DNA of 61,825 bases, filler included, from Thermodesulfobacteriota bacterium (GTDB lineage Bacteria > DASVDK01): assembly GCA_036381125.1 (NCBI GenBank). It is 8 parts of 8 records of this genome, joined end to end, with 100 filler letters (N's around TTAATTAATTAA, not from the genome) between each part and the next. Parts side by side here need not be neighbours in the genome. Positions count along the whole stretch, not along the records: positions 58,133 to 61,825 come from DASVDK010000259.1; 7 more parts are not named here. One strand, 5' to 3'. Positions within the stretch are counted from its first letter, which is position 1, and each line of letters begins with the position of its first letter. Shown here piece by piece: positions 58,858-61,825 of this stretch. The notes below the pieces were generated by a model. It worked only from the letters and a program-made list of their open reading frames with translations, was not told where the DNA came from and made no database searches. A program made the translations under genes and the position numbers.

Positions 58858-60033
58858 ATGACGCCCACGTTCGCAGACCGGATGCAGAACCTCGGGACCG
58901 AGACCGCCTTCGAGGTGCTCGTGAGGGCGAAAGCGCTCGAAGCCTCGGGCCGACACGTCATCCACCTCGAGATCGGCGAGCCCGACTTCCAGACCCCGCC
59001 GAACATCGTCGAGGCCGGCATCCGCGCCCTGCGCGACGGCCTGACCAGGTACGGGCCGTCGGCCGGCCTGCCGGAGCTGCGCGAGGCGATCTGCGAGAGC
59101 CTCTGGACGACGCGTCGCGTCAGGGCGACGCCCGACCAGGTCGTCGTCACGCCGGGCGCGAAGCCGATCATCTTCTTCGGGATCCTCGCCACGGTGAACC
59201 CGGGCGACGAGGTGCTCCTGCCCGATCCGGGGTTCCCGATCTACGAGTCGGTCGTGCGCTTCGTCGGCGGGGTGCCGGTCCCCGTACCGCTCCTCGAGTC
59301 GAACGGCTTCGCGCTCGACCTCGCCGCGCTCGAGCGGCTCGCGACGCCCCGCACGCGGCTCCTCATCTTCAACAGCCCCGCCAACCCGACCGGCGGCGTG
59401 ATCCCGCCGGCCGACATCGAGCGGATCGCCGCCTTCGCCGAGCGCCGCGACCTCTGGGTCATGGCCGACGAGATCTACAGCCAGATCCTCTACGAGGGGA
59501 CGCACGCCTCCATCGCCGCGCTCCCCGGCCTCTCGGCGCGCACGATCCTGATCGACGGCTTCTCGAAGACCTACGCCATGACCGGCTGGCGGCTCGGCTA
59601 CGGCGTCATGCCGGCGCCGCTCGCGGCGCACGTGACGCGCCTCGTGGTGAACTCGAACTCCTGCACCGCGGGCTTCGTGCAGGCGGCCGGCGTCGAGGCG
59701 CTGCGCGGACCGCAGGAGGCGTCGCGCGCCATGGTGGCCGAGTTCCGCGCGCGGCGCGACCTGATCGTGGCCCGCCTGAACGAGATCCCCGGCATACGCT
59801 GCGCCCTGCCGCAGGGGGCGTTCTACGCCTTCCCCAACGTCTCCGGCCTGCCGGTCGACGCCCGGGCCTTCGCCGACCGGCTCCTCGAGCGGCACGGCGT
59901 CGCGGCGCTCGCCGGCACCTGCTTCGGCGCCGGCGGGGACGGCTACCTGCGGCTCTCCTACGCCAACTCGACCGAGAACCTCCTGGCGGCGGCCGACCGC
60001 ATCGACGACGCCGTCCGCAGCCTCTCGAGGTGA
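58858..60033 (+). CDS. PLP-dependent aminotransferase class I (AspC/AspB-like)
   Basis: EIGEPDF; NSPANPTG; DEIY; DGFSKTYAMTGWRLGY; GAFYAF; LRLSYA. Confidence 0.94.
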   Translation: MTPTFADRMQNLGTETAFEVLVRAKALEASGRHVIHLEIGEPDFQTPPNIVEAGIRALRDGLTRYGPSAGLPELREAICESLWTTRRVRATPDQVVVTPGAKPIIFFGILATVNPGDEVLLPDPGFPIYESVVRFVGGVPVPVPLLESNGFALDLAALERLATPRTRLLIFNSPANPTGGVIPPADIERIAAFAERRDLWVMADEIYSQILYEGTHASIAALPGLSARTILIDGFSKTYAMTGWRLGYGVMPAPLAAHVTRLVVNSNSCTAGFVQAAGVEALRGPQEASRAMVAEFRARRDLIVARLNEIPGIRCALPQGAFYAFPNVSGLPVDARAFADRLLERHGVAALAGTCFGAGGDGYLRLSYANSTENLLAAADRIDDAVRSLSR

Positions 60034-61085
60034 CCATGCCGTCGATCCAGTGGGACCGCCACCGACAGTCGGCCGGCTCGATGCTCGAGGTGATCGGCCG
60101 GACGCCGCTCGTCCGCCTCAATCGCGTCACGCGCCGGCTCGAGCCCGAGGTGTACGCGAAGGTCGAGTGGTACAGCCCCAGCGGGAGCCTCAAGGACCGC
60201 ATCTACCTCAACATGATCGAGCAGGCGGAGGCGCGCGGGGCCCTCAGGCCGGGGATGACGCTCCTCGAGTGCTCGACCGGCAACGCGGGGACCGCCTGCG
60301 CCTTCGTCGCGGCCGTCAAGGGGTACCCCTGCATCGTCGTCATGCCGGAGGGGATGAGCGAGGAGCGCAAGAAGCTGATGCGCGCCTACGGGGCCGAGCT
60401 GGTCTTCACGCCCGGGGGCGAGTCGGACGTCGACCTCGCGATCGCGCGGCTCGCCGCGATCCGCGAGGCCGACCCGGCGCGCTACTTCGTCCCCTCGCAG
60501 TTCGACAACCCGGACAACGTGGACACCCACTACCGCACGACCGGGCCCGAGATCTGGGAGCAGACGGGCGGCTCGGTGGACGCCTTCGTCGCGTCGCAGG
60601 GGACCGGCGGGGTCCTCACCGGCGTCGGCCGCTTCCTGCGCGAGCAGCGCCCCGGGGTGCGGCTCTACGCGGTGGAGCCGGCCGAGTGCCCGCTCCTCTC
60701 CCGGCGCGCGTGGGGCCCCCACGGCATCGAGGGGATCGGCGACGGCTTCGTGCCGCGCAACCTCGACCTCTCCATCCTCTCGGGCGTCATCACGACGACG
60801 ACCGAGGAGTCGATCGCGATGGCGCGCCGCCTCGCGCGCGAGGAGGGGATGTTCTGCGGCATCTCCTCGGGCTGCAACGTCGCCGCGGCGCTCAAGCTCG
60901 CGGCGAGGCGGCCCGACCTCAGGCGGATCGTCGTCCTCCTGAGCGACACGGGCCAGCGGTACTTCACCACGGCGCTCTGCGGGGAGGCCAAGCACGTCGA
61001 GGTCCCCGAGCGCGAGCACCCGGTCGATCCGTACAGTGCGGCGGAGCTCGACCGGTACCAGTCGCGGTGGGAGATCATTGACTGA
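60030..61085 (+). CDS. Cysteine synthase family PLP enzyme (CysK/CysM-like)
   Basis: IGRTPLV.L; PSGSLKDR; STGNAG; QFDNPDN; GTGG; IEGIG; GISSG. Confidence 0.9.
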   Translation: MTMPSIQWDRHRQSAGSMLEVIGRTPLVRLNRVTRRLEPEVYAKVEWYSPSGSLKDRIYLNMIEQAEARGALRPGMTLLECSTGNAGTACAFVAAVKGYPCIVVMPEGMSEERKKLMRAYGAELVFTPGGESDVDLAIARLAAIREADPARYFVPSQFDNPDNVDTHYRTTGPEIWEQTGGSVDAFVASQGTGGVLTGVGRFLREQRPGVRLYAVEPAECPLLSRRAWGPHGIEGIGDGFVPRNLDLSILSGVITTTTEESIAMARRLAREEGMFCGISSGCNVAAALKLAARRPDLRRIVVLLSDTGQRYFTTALCGEAKHVEVPEREHPVDPYSAAELDRYQSRWEIID

Positions 61086-61825
61086 CGTTCCGCTCGTGGC
61101 CATCCGCGGCGGGGGGGATCTCGCCACCGGCGTCGCCTACCGGCTCGTCCGGTCGGGCTTCCCGGTGGTGGTCGCCGAGCTGCCGGCGCCGTCGGCGGTG
61201 CGCCGCGCCGTCTGCCTCTCGGAGGCGGTCTACGACGGCCGCGTCGAGATCGAGGGGCTCGTCGCCGTCCGCTGCGCCGGGGTCGCCGAGGCGCGCGAGG
61301 CGCTCGCCCGGGGCGAGGTCCCGGTCCTGGTCGACCCCGAGGGGGCCGGTCTGCGCGCCCTCCGTCCCGCGGTGCTCGTCGACGCGATCATGGCGAAGCG
61401 CAACACCGGCACGACGGCCGACGCGGCGCCGTTCGTCGTCGCCCTCGGCCCCGGCTTCACGGCCGGCGTCGACTGTCATGCGGTCGTCGAGACGCAGCGC
61501 GGCCATCGCCTCGGGCGGGTGATCCATCAGGGGCCGGCGGCGCCGCCGAGCCACGTCCCCGAGGCGGTCCTCGGCCGCACCGATCGCGTCCTGCGCGCCC
61601 CTGCCGCGGGGCGCTTCGGCAGCCGCCGCCGGATCGGCGACCTCGTCGGCGAGGGCGAGGTCCTCGGCGAGGTGGCGGGCCGGCCGATCGTCGCGCCGTT
61701 CGCCGGGGCGCTGCGCGGACTCGTCCGCGACGGCCTCGAGGTGACCGCCGGCCAGAAGGTGGGCGACCTCGACCCGCGCGGCGTCGGCGACTACTGCTTC
61801 ACGATCTCCGACAAGGCGCTGGCCG
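61078..61825 (+). CDS. yqeB: Selenium-dependent molybdenum hydroxylase system protein YqeB; runs off the window and is absent from the ORF track
   Basis: Manual translation from TTG 61078: IRGGGDLATGVAYRL..SGF; VRR.V..SEAVYDG; VDAIMAKRNTGT; LGPGFTAGVDCHAVVETQRGH.LGR; KVGDLDPR; TISDKALA. Confidence 0.9.
   Translation, partial: MTDVPLVAIRGGGDLATGVAYRLVRSGFPVVVAELPAPSAVRRAVCLSEAVYDGRVEIEGLVAVRCAGVAEAREALARGEVPVLVDPEGAGLRALRPAVLVDAIMAKRNTGTTADAAPFVVALGPGFTAGVDCHAVVETQRGHRLGRVIHQGPAAPPSHVPEAVLGRTDRVLRAPAAGRFGSRRRIGDLVGEGEVLGEVAGRPIVAPFAGALRGLVRDGLEVTAGQKVGDLDPRGVGDYCFTISDKALA

Noticed and set aside
60030..61085. Selenocysteine read-through fusing the CysK-like gene to yqeB
   Set aside because: yqeB is in a different frame and the TGA falls at a normal C-terminal position for the family

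Overview
Very GC-rich bacterial DNA made of eight contig pieces joined by artificial N44-TTAATTAATTAA-N44 linkers, so gene order across linkers means nothing. The pieces are 1-10370, 10471-13678, 13779-26159, 26260-32653, 32754-50056, 50157-55339, 55440-58032 and 58133-61825. The rlmN-mtnP-pfkB block and a neighbour resembling myxobacterial tgl-locus proteins suggest a deltaproteobacterial-type organism (inference). Content is mostly catabolic and transport genes: several LIV-type ABC sets, three IclR-led operons with palindromic operators at their own starts, an M81/RraA/RidA/fold-III-PLP operon, an IOR plus amino acid dehydrogenase operon, a divergent CoA-chemistry operon, a nitrilase, hicAB and cysK-like/yqeB. 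I saw no rRNA, tRNA, CRISPR array, integrase or transposase. The most unusual locus is 45-5755: a GH3-family ligase, a signal-less HiPIP-like 4-Cys protein, a 2xGAF histidine kinase whose 3' end is triplicated into 20-aa mini-ORFs around a palindromic insert, an unknown protein and a sigma54 activator. Other candidates are a tandem GT2 pair in which one copy lost its DxD motif, a SucCD paralogue with altered substrate motifs, and cysK-like coupled to yqeB. All calls come from motif recognition by eye; no database searches were run.
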